Assembly: GCF_000237865.1 (NCBI RefSeq)
Contig: NC_017459.1
Coordinates: 1,860,001-1,892,000 of the forward strand
Source: Haloquadratum walsbyi C23
Lineage (GTDB): Archaea; Halobacteriota; Halobacteria; Halobacteriales; Haloferacaceae
Direction: 5' to 3'
DNA length: 32,000 nt
The translations under genes and the position numbers were made by a program. The notes beneath the pieces are model-generated. The model saw only the letters and a list, made by a program, of their open reading frames with translations. It did no database searches and had not been told where the DNA came from. This document shows, piece after piece, positions 8,953 to 18,814 of the stretch; positions within the stretch are counted from its first letter, which is position 1; every line of letters starts with the position of its first letter.

Positions 8953-11900
8953 TCATTCAGTAACCGCGTCTGCAAGTAATTCAACAGGATGTGGTGGGTC
9001 ATCTCCGTCTGGTCGATCGCCAATCTGTGATCGACATGATGCCCCGGGCGCGATGACAACATCCCCGTCACTATCGTCAATCTGATCGAATAGGATCTCT
9101 CCAATGGCTTGTGACATTGAGTAATGCTCTGCCTCGTACCCGAAACTCCCTGACATTCCACAGCATGTTGAGTCGAGTGGGTCTACCTCATAACCTGCAC
9201 GGCGCAAAACACCAACAGTATGGTGGTCTTTCTTTGTTGATTTTTGATGGCAATGCCCGTGATATGTTAATGACGGTGCTGTTCCATTGACCATGTTAGT
9301 ATGCCCTGCATCAGCAAGTAACCGGAATGTATCAATATATTCCATCACCCCATATGTGTTTTCTGCGACACGTTCAACATCTGATCCTGAGAGGAGATCA
9401 AGATAGTCACGCTGGAACATGACCGCATCAGATGGCTCAACAACGACAACATCCCATCCATCAGCGATACGTGGTGAAAGGGCATTGATATTTGTTTGTG
9501 CGCTTTCTCTTGCTTTTTCAAGAAATCCTTTCGAGTGTGGTGGTCTTCCAGATCCAGTCACATCATCCGGAATCTGGATATGAACTCCGAGTGACTCAAG
9601 AGCATTAACCGCTGCTTGACCTGCCTCAGGATGATTATAATTTGTATATGTATCTGGGAATAATAAGACTCGATGAGTTGCTTCATTTGCGGGAATAGCT
9701 GCGCCACCGCGTTGTTCAAACCAATCAACGAAACTTCGACGATGGAATGGCGGCAGTGTCCGCTCACGCGCGATTCCCAGTAGTTTTTCTTGAAGAATTC
9801 CACTTCCAGGCACCTGCTGGGCAAGATTTGAAAGTGGAGCGAATTTTGATCCAAGCTTTAGTACTGTGGTCACATTCGCGAATAGCTTATCACGGAAGCT
9901 CGAGCCATTTCGCTGGTGATATTCGTGTGTAATCTCTGCTTTCATTTTCGCCATATCGACGCCACTCGGGCAGTCTTTTGCACACCCTTTACACCCAATA
10001 CAAAGATCTAGTACTTCCTCGACAAATTCATCCTCGAACAATTCGTTTTCATCAAGACTCCCGCTCATTGCCTGACGAAGCATGTTTGCCCGACCACGGG
10101 TACTTTGAATCTCCTCCTCGGCTGCCCGATACGTTGGACACATTACACCACCTGTCGTCTCTTGTGGACCACGACATCCGCCACACCCATGACAGAGTTC
10201 AGCCATCCCTTCGAATCCATTTTCGACCTCCCAGTTCATTGTCGGTTCAAATCCAGCGTCAAATTCGTATTCAGGGTCAAACCGGAGATTTGCAGTCGGT
10301 GCATGTTCACCACAAATATTTCCTGGATTCAATAACCACTGAGGGTCAAATGCAGACTTCAGTTCACGAAACACATCCCAGAGTTCATCGCCGTAGAGTT
10401 TTCGATTCCACTGCGTCCGTGCACGACCATCACCATGCTCGCCTGAGATAGATCCACCGTATTTCACCACAAGATCAGTCACTGCATCAGCGATTGATTC
10501 GAATGTCTCGACACCCTCAGCAGTTTTTGTATTAACTAATGGTCGAATATGAAGCACTCCCGGACCAGCATGTGCGTAGTAGGACGCAAATGTATCATGC
10601 TCATCAAGAATATCCTGAAAGTCAGAAACATACGCTGGGAGGTTTTCTGCTGGAATCGCTGTATCCTCAATATACGCAATATGCTTTTCATCACTGGTTC
10701 GTGAGAGAAGTATCGGAAGTCCAGACTTCCGCATCTTCCAGAATTTTTCACGGGTCTCAGCATCGTGAGCTTCCATCGATTGAATAGCTGTTTGATCTGT
10801 TGTCGTGATTGATGCAGCTCCAGGGTTTGGCTCAGCCTCCGTTTCGTCACCTGAGACACGGTCAGCAACAAGATCAGCAACCTGCTGACGACCGTGTTCA
10901 TTAGTTTCAGCATAAAACTCAACGAGTAGAACGGCATCAGTTCCGTCTGGAAGGAGTCCGACAACATCCTCGAATTCAGCAGTTTCTCGAGCAAGGTCTA
11001 ATAGAACATCATCCATCACCTCAACAGCGGCAGGATCATGTTCAAGTATTGGTGCAACATCTTCCATTGCACCTATTACATCATCGTACGTGAGTAATGC
11101 AACTGACTTTGTTTCCGGGATGGAGGCTAATGAGACAGTCGCCTGTGTGACTGTGGCAAGTGTTCCCTCTGATCCAGCAAGAAGGCGGGCAAGATTGACC
11201 GAACCAGGCTCACTCTGGGGATCAATAGCAGAATTATCAGGGAGACGGCGTTCTCCACGAAGTTCATCCACAAGCATGTCAAGATTATACCCTGAGACAT
11301 TTCGTTTGAGATCCGGATATTTGCTTGCGATTTCATCAGCGTGATTAGTCAGGATCTGCGCGACCATTGCATATATTTGTGCTTCAATATCACCGTCAGG
11401 ATCACCGCGCTGATGAAGAGTGTCCATGGTGACCTCACCAAATGTTGTGACAGTTCCATCCGCAAGGACGACCTCAACCGTCTCAAGATAATAGTCGGTT
11501 TTTCCGTACTGTAATGAATGTGCGCCGGTTGAATTATTCCCGATTGCTCCACCTAAGACTGATTTGTCTCCCCATGCAGGATCAGGTGCAAATTTGAGTC
11601 CATATGGTTCGGCTGCTGCATTCAAATCACCAAGCCGGACACCGGCTTGTGCAGTTGCTGTTTCGTTATCTGAATCAATTGTCTTGACATCATCCATATA
11701 TCGTGAGAGGTCAATGACAACAGCCTCATTTACTGTCTGTCCAGCAAGACTTGTGCCACCACCACGGGGGAGAACAGGGATTTCTTGTGTTGCACAGTAG
11801 TCCATCACCGCAGAAACATCACTGGTATGTGCTGGCATTACAACTCCAATCGGTGTCTGTTCATACGCTGATGCATCAGTGGCATATAACTGGCGTGAAT

Positions 11901-12063
11901 AAGTATCAAAACGAACATCCCCATCAACGCGAGCGTCGAGATCCTCCATCAATCCTGGTCGTTCAATATCATCACTGACGTAATCATATGTACCCTCACC
12001 AGCGGGATCAGACTCGCTACCTAGTGAGCGCTCGTCTACCGTGGATGGCGTATTTGTTGCCAT
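8953..12063 (-). CDS. FAD-linked oxidase fused to Fe-S and CCG domains (GlcD-GlcF-like; probably a D-lactate/glycolate dehydrogenase)
   Basis: This is a 1036-aa ORF. The N-terminal FAD-binding PCMH domain shows PRGGGTSLAGQ, and the central region has 4Fe-4S motifs (CHGCGGCRG, CIGCKGCAKDCP). The C-terminal part is Cys-rich (CCG-type: HGHCHQ..., CCGMSGSFG). It is divergently paired with lctP. Confidence 0.9.
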   Translation of the reverse strand: MATNTPSTVDERSLGSESDPAGEGTYDYVSDDIERPGLMEDLDARVDGDVRFDTYSRQLYATDASAYEQTPIGVVMPAHTSDVSAVMDYCATQEIPVLPRGGGTSLAGQTVNEAVVIDLSRYMDDVKTIDSDNETATAQAGVRLGDLNAAAEPYGLKFAPDPAWGDKSVLGGAIGNNSTGAHSLQYGKTDYYLETVEVVLADGTVTTFGEVTMDTLHQRGDPDGDIEAQIYAMVAQILTNHADEIASKYPDLKRNVSGYNLDMLVDELRGERRLPDNSAIDPQSEPGSVNLARLLAGSEGTLATVTQATVSLASIPETKSVALLTYDDVIGAMEDVAPILEHDPAAVEVMDDVLLDLARETAEFEDVVGLLPDGTDAVLLVEFYAETNEHGRQQVADLVADRVSGDETEAEPNPGAASITTTDQTAIQSMEAHDAETREKFWKMRKSGLPILLSRTSDEKHIAYIEDTAIPAENLPAYVSDFQDILDEHDTFASYYAHAGPGVLHIRPLVNTKTAEGVETFESIADAVTDLVVKYGGSISGEHGDGRARTQWNRKLYGDELWDVFRELKSAFDPQWLLNPGNICGEHAPTANLRFDPEYEFDAGFEPTMNWEVENGFEGMAELCHGCGGCRGPQETTGGVMCPTYRAAEEEIQSTRGRANMLRQAMSGSLDENELFEDEFVEEVLDLCIGCKGCAKDCPSGVDMAKMKAEITHEYHQRNGSSFRDKLFANVTTVLKLGSKFAPLSNLAQQVPGSGILQEKLLGIARERTLPPFHRRSFVDWFEQRGGAAIPANEATHRVLLFPDTYTNYNHPEAGQAAVNALESLGVHIQIPDDVTGSGRPPHSKGFLEKARESAQTNINALSPRIADGWDVVVVEPSDAVMFQRDYLDLLSGSDVERVAENTYGVMEYIDTFRLLADAGHTNMVNGTAPSLTYHGHCHQKSTKKDHHTVGVLRRAGYEVDPLDSTCCGMSGSFGYEAEHYSMSQAIGEILFDQIDDSDGDVVIAPGASCRSQIGDRPDGDDPPHPVELLADAVTE

Positions 12064-12955
12064 TGTTGATGTGATTTATTCTGTCTCCTCTCATAAAAAC
12101 CTCTATCATACACTCCCGTGTATGTAACATCTATTAATGTGTGTCGACTGATATTATTGAAATCGAGCATTATCCCGATATATCGTTGGTAGTTTTATGT
12201 GATATTTGGTAACAAACTACTAAATGGATAAAATCAGTTAATTATAAACAATCGTGGAGAAACGCAAAAATGTAGGCTGAGGGTTCAACGTTACATCGAT
12301 ATACATCGTTGTGTGCTGACCATCAGCCGATGCGGTAAATTGGGTATAAGTATACATCAAATAAATAACAATGAAATCAGATTTGTTCAATAACTTAATT
12401 TCGGTGCACATATGGTAGATATAACGCTCGCCGCTTTGGCAGTATTACCGCTCATAACGATTGCTGTGTTGATGGTAGGACTATACCAACCAGCAACGAG
12501 AACGATGCCCGTGGCATGGCTAATTGCTGCAGGTGTTGCATATATTGGTTGGGAGATGACTCCAACATTAATCGCTGCTGCGTCAATTCGTGGAGCGATG
12601 ACAGCGACTCGTATTCTTATCATCGTATTTGGCGCCATTTTGCTATTATATACGCTGAGGCAATCTGGTGCATTTGATGTAATCAACGCTGGATTCTCAT
12701 CAGTTAGTGATGATCGGCGTGTGCAGGTTGTATTATTGGTTTTCCTCATGGGTTCATTCATTGAGGGTGCTGCTGGGTTCGGAACACCAGCAGCAATTGT
12801 CGGTCCGTTGCTTGTTGGACTTGGGTTCCCGCCATTAGCTGCTGTTGTGGTTGCCCTAACTGGCAATATTCTTGCAATTACATTCGGAGCCGTTGGGACT
12901 CCTTTGATTATCGGTCTTCGTGATGTTGTATTTGCAGAAGGCACGAATGCAGCAC

Positions 12956-13900
12956 CGCTCTTCTCGATAAGCCGTAACATCAATCTTGCCGGCGGATCAT
13001 TGATCAGTCAACGATGGATCAAGAGTCTGCTCAAGTCTTCCTTCCATCACGAGAACGCTGCTTTGAGCGTCTCCGTCTCGCCCGCTTCGGCGAGACGGTG
13101 ACGTGTGTCCACTGCGAGAGTGATGCGGTAGTCAAGCGAGGAACCACGGGGAAAGATGCCCAGCAGTACTGGTGTAAAAACTGTGAGACATACTTCAACG
13201 ACCTCACAGACACGATTTTCGGCCAACATCGCTTTGAGCTTGAGGAGCTGTTCTATATGGTCAAGGAGATGCGATCTGAGACGACTGCTCAGATCGCCCG
13301 TGATCTTGACCGTGACTACGAGGCTGTCCTTGATTTCGTTCACGAAGTCCAGGAGACAAGCGGTAACATCGGAGAATTCGAGCTTTCGGAGGTGTGCGAG
13401 GCCGATGAGATCTACGTGACTGCCGGTGAGAAAGGACGCGAGGACGAGGATTCGAGTCCGCGCGAGCGCGGACTAAAAAAAAGGGACGCGGTGACTTCGA
13501 GGGAGACAAACCACCAGTCCTGACACTCGTCCGTCGGTCTGACGGACGAGTTCGATTCATCGTCTGCAAGGATCTACAGGAAGCCGACGAAGAAATCGCA
13601 GCCTACGGCGATGGCAGTGTTATTCTCTGTACGGATGGCTACTCGATCTACGAAGATATCGAGGAAAAGGAGGGGGTGGACGGCCATCTGACCGTCACCC
13701 ACTCCGATACCTACGTCATCGGTGACGCTCACACGAATACTTGTGAGAACCGGCATAGTTTCCTTCGCCAGTGGCTGGCGAACTTCAGAGGCGTCTCGAA
13801 GCATCATCTACAGAAATATCTCAACTTCCTTGCACTGAAGCTCAATTCACCCGAAGATTGGTTCGAGAAACTCCTATGTTACAATGTATCGGGATGAGCG
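12956..13900 (+). mobile_element. IS1595-family insertion sequence (ISH4-group-like), 945 bp, inserted in lctP
   Basis: The imperfect terminal inverted repeats are CGCTCTTCTCGATAAGCCGTAACAT (left) and CGCTCATCCCGATACATTGTAACAT (reverse complement of the right end), about 19/25 identical. They are flanked by a perfect 8-bp direct repeat TGCAGCAC at 12948-12955 and 13901-13908. Confidence 0.85.
13014..13897 (+). pseudogene. IS1595-family (ISXO2-like DDE) transposase, frameshifted in an A8 run
   Basis: The N-terminal zinc-ribbon region (CVHCES...CKNCETYFNDLTDTIF) parallels the intact copy at 22260-23144. After the A8 run at 13475-13482 the homology (KKGRGDFEGDKPPVLTLV...GDAHTNTCENRHSFLRQWL) continues in another frame, through to the stop at 13895-13897. 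One extra A would restore a single ORF. Confidence 0.8.
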
Positions 13901-15280
13901 TGCAGCACAACAAATCATCACCTCAGGCGCGTATGAGAGCACTGGAGCGTATGTCGCTCAAATTGGTATTTGGGCGGCTCTCATTCATTCAATCGTCGGA
14001 ATTGCGATTCCATTCATTGGTGTTGCAATGATGACACGATTTTTCGGCGAAGAGCGATCGATTAAACCCGCGATTGAGGTGCTGCCGTTGACGTTATTTG
14101 CATGGCTGTCGTTTATTATTCCATACAATCTGACAGCAATTTATCTTGGTCCAACATTCCCCGCGCTGCTTGGGGCGATGGTTGGATTAATAATTGTCAC
14201 AACAACACTTCGGGCTGGATATTTCATTCCTGATAATACGTGGGACTTTGGACCGCAATCAGGGTGGCCTGATCATTGGGTTGGGTCAATTGAACCTGGG
14301 CGAGGGTTTGCATCCCAGTCCCGAGGCGATGAAGCGGTCGCGACTGATGGTGGGACTGCATCAGCATCACCCGCTGATTTACATAATAAAGATATGTCAC
14401 TTTTGACAGCATGGACACCATATATTCTCGTCGCAGCATTGCTAATTGCAACGCGTGTTATTGGACCGGTGCAGTCATTCTTAGCTTCGACGGGTGTGCT
14501 TACATGGAATAATATTCTTGCAACGCCGTTTTCAGAGGGAATCGAACTGCTGTATCTTCCAGGGTCGTTGTTTATTCTTGTTGCAGTATTAACATATGCA
14601 ATCCATGGCATGAGTACTGATGAAATCAAATCATCGTGGAGTGAGGCATTCCGAAATATTGCTCCGGCAGTTGTTGCACTTTGGTTTGCTGTTGCGACAG
14701 TCATGATTATGCAACGGTCAGGGAGTAGCGTTGTTCTTGAGAACGCTGCAGTTTCTGCTGGAATGCTCGGGTTACTATCAGAGTTGACAGCTGATGTGAC
14801 AGGGATTGCATTCCCATTCTTCTCAGGATTTATTGGTGCATTCGGTGCATTCATCGCTGGATCGAATACCGTGAGCGACATTCTATTTGGATTATTCCAA
14901 TTCCAAGCCGCACAGGATGTTGGAGCACCAACAGTAATCGTGGTCGCTGCACAAGCTGTCGGAGGTGCAATTGGAAATCTTATTGCAATTCATAATGTCG
15001 TTGCCGCCCTCACCGTTGTTGGACTTATTGGTGAAGAAGGTCGTGTGATCAGACTTGAATTAATCCCAGTGTTGTACTATGGCGTTGCAACAGGACTGCT
15101 GACACTGCTGTTTGCATACGTCATTGTTCCAGGGACGTTCTAAGATTCACCAGCGTCCGCAATTTATCGCGTATTTTACCTGAGATTAATTCTGATATCC
15201 GGACAAAACGCTGTTTTTTGATATATCGGCACAAAATAATCACGCTTCACTTAGAAGAATAAGTCATGAGTAGTAAATAT

Positions 15281-15920
15281 TTGACATCCTCTCGCGCCTG
15301 AAGACGCCGGAATCTCACGACATTACCTATTGTTGAAACTTGAACAAGTCAGTTTCCTTGTCAAACAGGTACGTCGATAGCTGTGCCGACTAGCCGTTAC
15401 TCCTGTCATCGCCATCCATGGCGAGACTCGGGGATACTTGTTATCAAATGTTCTCAGCACCGTTCACATAATCATTCGTAACCAATTTACACGCATATAG
15501 TGAATAATAATTGTGGGTTGTTGTGAACCTGCCTCGGGGTCACATCAATATCAAAGCCCCGAGACTTCCTGCTTTTTCGACAGAACTGACAGACCCACTC
15601 TCACTGAGAGAGTCGTTTCAGAGCGGTTCCGGTCTCTACAGATCGTTTAAAAATCGAAGATTTTCGTGATCACGAGATGCTTCGTCTCTCGGATGATGTT
15701 GATTTGGAACGCCCCCATCCCTCTCTGAGTTGGACAGTGCGTGGTGTCCGACCGCCCGTGTGATGAGACTTTCAGTCAGACACGCTGACAATCACCAACC
15801 ATTCTAAATATTACGGGTCAATTAGCGGTGTCGGCTTCATCTGGGGTCAAGCCCTAAGACAGTCGCCTTGACAATCTGTATCATTAAATGGATTTTGAGA
15901 CACTTGATTTGTAACATATA
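15281..15920 (-). pseudogene. Degenerate IS1341-type TnpB (IS200/IS605 orfB) pseudogene, 3' part plus right-end hairpin
   Basis: My minus-strand translation gives GFDIDVTPRQ (compare the VDPxYTSQ block), then LFTICV*IGYE (a zinc-finger remnant, F.C..CGYE), then NDYVNGAENI (15447-15476; RuvC-III motif ADxNGAxNI). These are broken by stops and frameshifts. The element ends with a hairpin plus AGGATGTCAAA (complement of 15281-15310). The region has no ORF of 60 aa or more. Confidence 0.5.
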
Positions 15921-15982
15921 GCTGAGATGCTGTCGCGTTCTGAGTATATAAAAACGGCGTGAGCCGTTAGTGACGGCCCGTA

Positions 15983-17224
15983 ATGTCTGTGCAATTTGAT
16001 TCAGCAAACAGGCCGTCAGAAGACGTAACGGACGCCTCTAATATCAATTCTACTGATCTCGTCGCTGACGAACTGTACTCGCTGCTCGACGAAGTCGACA
16101 GCGAGTCGATTGCCGATGAGTTCAAGATTGGGCTCCATTCCGACAAACATGACTTCACGAACCACGTCAAGACGGTTGTTCGTGAGGGTCTTGACCCCTC
16201 CAGCTCACTCGCTGAACTTGAGGATAAAACCATTGTCGACGACTCACTCGAACACATGCCTAAATCACGGTTTTCAGAACTCACGAACGACCGCGACTAC
16301 CGTGCGGTCGTTCGTCTCCTATTCGAGTTACTGCACACGCCACAGTTGTATCATCAACGTGGAGTTCAACGAAAACGACTGGGGTGGATGACACGAGGTG
16401 TTGTCGCTGTTGATGCCACAAACCTCGAACTTACGCGCTCTGTTGTCGTCTCAGACGAGTTCGTCGGAGACGATGAAGACATCTACGAGATAGACACGGA
16501 TGGCGGAGGAGTTGAGCTTCACTGTGCCGCACGTGTAGACGGCAAACACAAGCATCCGCTTGGTGCAACTGTCACAGAAGGCGATACCCACGAAAGCCCG
16601 CAGTTCGATCTCCTTGAAGACGATGTCGAGGTCTTCGCAGACCTCGACTCGGTCATCTGGACGTTTGACCGTGCATACACGCGATATCTACGGTTCTGTG
16701 AGATCAAGCACAGTGACAATGATTTTGTCACACTGATGTACTCAGACGCTCGATTTGAACTCATTGAGACACTCGAAGAGTTTGAAGTCAGCATTACTCC
16801 CGAGAGAGGCGCTCAGCCAAGGGATTCTGCTGACGAATCGACACGGCAGGTTCGTGATGAGCGAATTGAGTTAGCCGAGACTGGTGAGGAGTTTCGTCGG
16901 ATTGTTCTGAACGCGCCAGATGGAGAAGAGATCGAGTACCTGACGACGCTGGCGTCGTCAGCGTACGACCCTATCGATGTGATCAGTATCTACACGCTTC
17001 GAACTTGCATCGAGATTCTGTTTCGGGAGCTGAAGCAGTATCTCAACATCGAGAACTTTCACTCGAAATCGCTGAACGGCGTCTTGTTCGAGCTGTTCTG
17101 TGCGCTGATTGGCTACGTGCTTGTCGAGTGGTTCCGCCAGTGCCACCCAGTCAAGGGTGGCATGGCGCGTGCAATTCAACAAGTCCGGACCTTCTGGAAT
17201 AAGACGCTGGATACGTTCGGCTGA
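15983..17224 (+). CDS. IS4-family DDE transposase
   Basis: The 413-aa ORF has DDE-type blocks (VAVDATN, WTFDRAY) and the IS4 Y-(2)-R-(3)-E-(6)-K signature YTLRTCIEILFRELK. Its codon usage is more GC-rich than the flanking host DNA. Confidence 0.85.
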   Translation: MSVQFDSANRPSEDVTDASNINSTDLVADELYSLLDEVDSESIADEFKIGLHSDKHDFTNHVKTVVREGLDPSSSLAELEDKTIVDDSLEHMPKSRFSELTNDRDYRAVVRLLFELLHTPQLYHQRGVQRKRLGWMTRGVVAVDATNLELTRSVVVSDEFVGDDEDIYEIDTDGGGVELHCAARVDGKHKHPLGATVTEGDTHESPQFDLLEDDVEVFADLDSVIWTFDRAYTRYLRFCEIKHSDNDFVTLMYSDARFELIETLEEFEVSITPERGAQPRDSADESTRQVRDERIELAETGEEFRRIVLNAPDGEEIEYLTTLASSAYDPIDVISIYTLRTCIEILFRELKQYLNIENFHSKSLNGVLFELFCALIGYVLVEWFRQCHPVKGGMARAIQQVRTFWNKTLDTFG

Positions 17225-17428
17225 TTACCACTCAATCACCGGTGACAGCCGTCGCCCGCCAGCGACGGCTGTCGCCCGACCCGTGATTTTCCTCTTCTAT
17301 GACCCTGAGACGCCGTTTCTCTCGGTCCAACATCTGGTTCATTGGCAGCTTTTCGGAGCTGAACACTCTCGACAATCCTGATCCAGCTACTCTCCGAGAG
17401 ATTGATTTCTCCGGGGCTTTATTAACTC

Positions 17429-18715
17429 ACTCGGCTCTGCACGTTTAAATAGGGGCGTGATGTAGGCAGCATTGAAACTTGATGCTGCCGATTACGGATT
17501 TCCTCTCGTGCACCGACGTGCTGGATGAATTCGACTCGCTATCATATCATCAAACGACTCACGCCAAAACGTACGTGACAGGTCTTGCTGCGGGCCGCAG
17601 CAAGACTGTAACCGGAATTGCACGAGAGGTCCTTCCTGCCGGAAGTGACCGAGCACTCAACAAGTTCATCACCGAATACGATTGGGATGAGGATCAGCTC
17701 AATCACGAGCGGTTAGAGGAACTGCAAAAACACGGAGAGACACGCTGGTCACAAAACGGCTATATCGTTATTGACGATTCAGTCATCCAGCGAACCGGGA
17801 AGTCCCTTCCCGGTGCTGGAGAGTTCTACGATCACTCTGAGGGTGAGCCTGTTTGGGGACAGAACCTCGTCTACGCGTTCTATACCGATGATAAAACGTC
17901 CTATCCACTTGCTTTTCGCCAGTACGAGAAGGTCGACGACGAGGACGAGGAAGACGAACAGGAGACAAAATACGACCTCGCACGAGAGATAATCACGGAA
18001 TTAGAAGAAGAGGTAGGTGTGCCTGCGGGCACCTACCTCTTCGATGCATGGTTTGCTCATGACTCCGGTCTGATCGAACACGTCGAATCACACGGCAAGG
18101 ACTGGATTGGACCACTACGGGGCAACCGACAGGTGACCTACGCGAACAAAGAGAGACGCGTCGATGCGCTCGAAGAGTGCATCGACAAGGAAGAGCGAGA
18201 AGTTGACGGTGAAACGTACAAAATTTGGACTAAGACAGTCCCTGTCTCGAAATTAGGTGAAGTTCGGCTGGTAATCACAGAGAAGGTTACCGATGAGGAC
18301 AAAGAGAATCCAGTAAAGTATCTTGCGACGAGCAAGATTGACGCGCCTTCGGCACACATTATTCGGAGCTATTCGTACAGATGGCGAGTAGAGACATTCT
18401 TCGAGGACTCGAAAGAGGATCTTGGCTTAGGAGACTGCGAGGTTCGTGATTCTGACGGTGCCAGTCGTCACTGGCACCTTCAGATGCTGGCCTACAGCCT
18501 TCTTCGGCTTGGTCCGGAATCGAGCGCCTCGGAGCGACTTGTCTCGAAAGCCTCGTCGCTCCGATCACAACTCGAACACGGTCTCAAGGAGACGATCTAC
18601 AACATGTTTTCCTGGGTGCGCGATCAACCAGACCGCGATCTCGATGGACTGATGGAAGACATTGACCACCTCTTTCTCCATTCTGAGGGTAGTTTATAAA
18701 CGTGCAGAGTCGAGT
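17429..18715 (+). mobile_element. IS4/IS701-like insertion sequence (1287 bp) nested inside the IS at 15931-18731
   Basis: The terminal inverted repeats are ACTCGGCTCTGCACGTTTA (17429-) and ACTCGACTCTGCACGTTTA (reverse complement of the right end, -18715). A 5-bp direct repeat AACTC flanks the element at 17424-17428 and 18716-18720. Confidence 0.8.
17482..18699 (+). CDS. IS4-superfamily (IS701/ISH-type) DDE transposase
   Basis: The 405-aa ORF runs from the ATG at 17482 (the track start at 17479 is a TTG). It has the blocks YIVIDDS and YLFDAWFA plus the YREK signature YSYRWRVETFFEDSK. Confidence 0.85.
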   Translation: MLPITDFLSCTDVLDEFDSLSYHQTTHAKTYVTGLAAGRSKTVTGIAREVLPAGSDRALNKFITEYDWDEDQLNHERLEELQKHGETRWSQNGYIVIDDSVIQRTGKSLPGAGEFYDHSEGEPVWGQNLVYAFYTDDKTSYPLAFRQYEKVDDEDEEDEQETKYDLAREIITELEEEVGVPAGTYLFDAWFAHDSGLIEHVESHGKDWIGPLRGNRQVTYANKERRVDALEECIDKEEREVDGETYKIWTKTVPVSKLGEVRLVITEKVTDEDKENPVKYLATSKIDAPSAHIIRSYSYRWRVETFFEDSKEDLGLGDCEVRDSDGASRHWHLQMLAYSLLRLGPESSASERLVSKASSLRSQLEHGLKETIYNMFSWVRDQPDRDLDGLMEDIDHLFLHSEGSL

Positions 18716-18814
18716 AACTCAGAACGCGACAGCTGAGATGCGTCAATCTCAGGTGTATTATAATTTGATGATTGTGACTTTCCCACAATCCACTTACTGT
18801 TTGGGAGCATACAA

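Larger units (their letters stand above)
12412..15143 (+). pseudogene. lctP: L-lactate permease (LctP family) gene interrupted by an IS element (fragments 12412-12955 and 13901-15143)
   Basis: The N-terminal fragment ([19 protein letters not shown]...FAEGTNAA) and the C-terminal fragment (AAQQIITSGAYESTGAYVAQIG...VIVPGTF) are both polytopic LctP-like sequences. Removing 12956-13908 (the IS plus one TSD copy) joins them in frame (..GCA GCA C|AA CAA ATC..). Confidence 0.85.
15931..18731 (+). mobile_element. IS4-family insertion sequence (about 1509 bp of its own sequence; ISH8-group-like) carrying a nested second IS
   Basis: The terminal inverted repeat is TGTCGCGTTCTGAGT at 15931-15945, and its complement lies at 18717-18731 (15/16 over the first 16 nt). 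A perfect 10-bp direct repeat GCTGAGATGC flanks it at 15921-15930 and 18732-18741. The right non-coding arm is interrupted by the element at 17429-18715. Confidence 0.8.

Noticed and set aside
12387-12983. A 198-aa minus-strand ORF lies antisense to lctP. Similar long antisense ORFs occur at 14273-14881, 2727-3350, 6054-6452, 21692-22057, 24902-25261 and 9978-10451.
   Set aside because: Each one shadows a strongly supported gene on the opposite strand and has a basic or low-complexity composition. These are typical antisense artefacts.
13449-13470. tRNA T-arm-like strings (GGATTCGAGTCC here, and GGTTCAAATCC near 10250).
   Set aside because: There are no complementary stem halves and no acceptor or anticodon arms around them, and both lie inside well-supported coding sequences. 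I found no tRNA genes in the window.
13475-13482. The A8 run might be a programmed ribosomal frameshift site in the IS1595 transposase.
   Set aside because: The sister copy at 22260-23144 encodes the whole transposase in one frame. IS1595-family elements are not known to use frameshifting, so a mutation or homopolymer error is the simpler reading.
15144-15280. An ORF-free AT-rich stretch downstream of lctP might be an independent ncRNA.
   Set aside because: I could see no conserved motif, repeat or strong structure. It is best treated as the 3' flank or terminator region of lctP plus the flank of the TnpB remnant.
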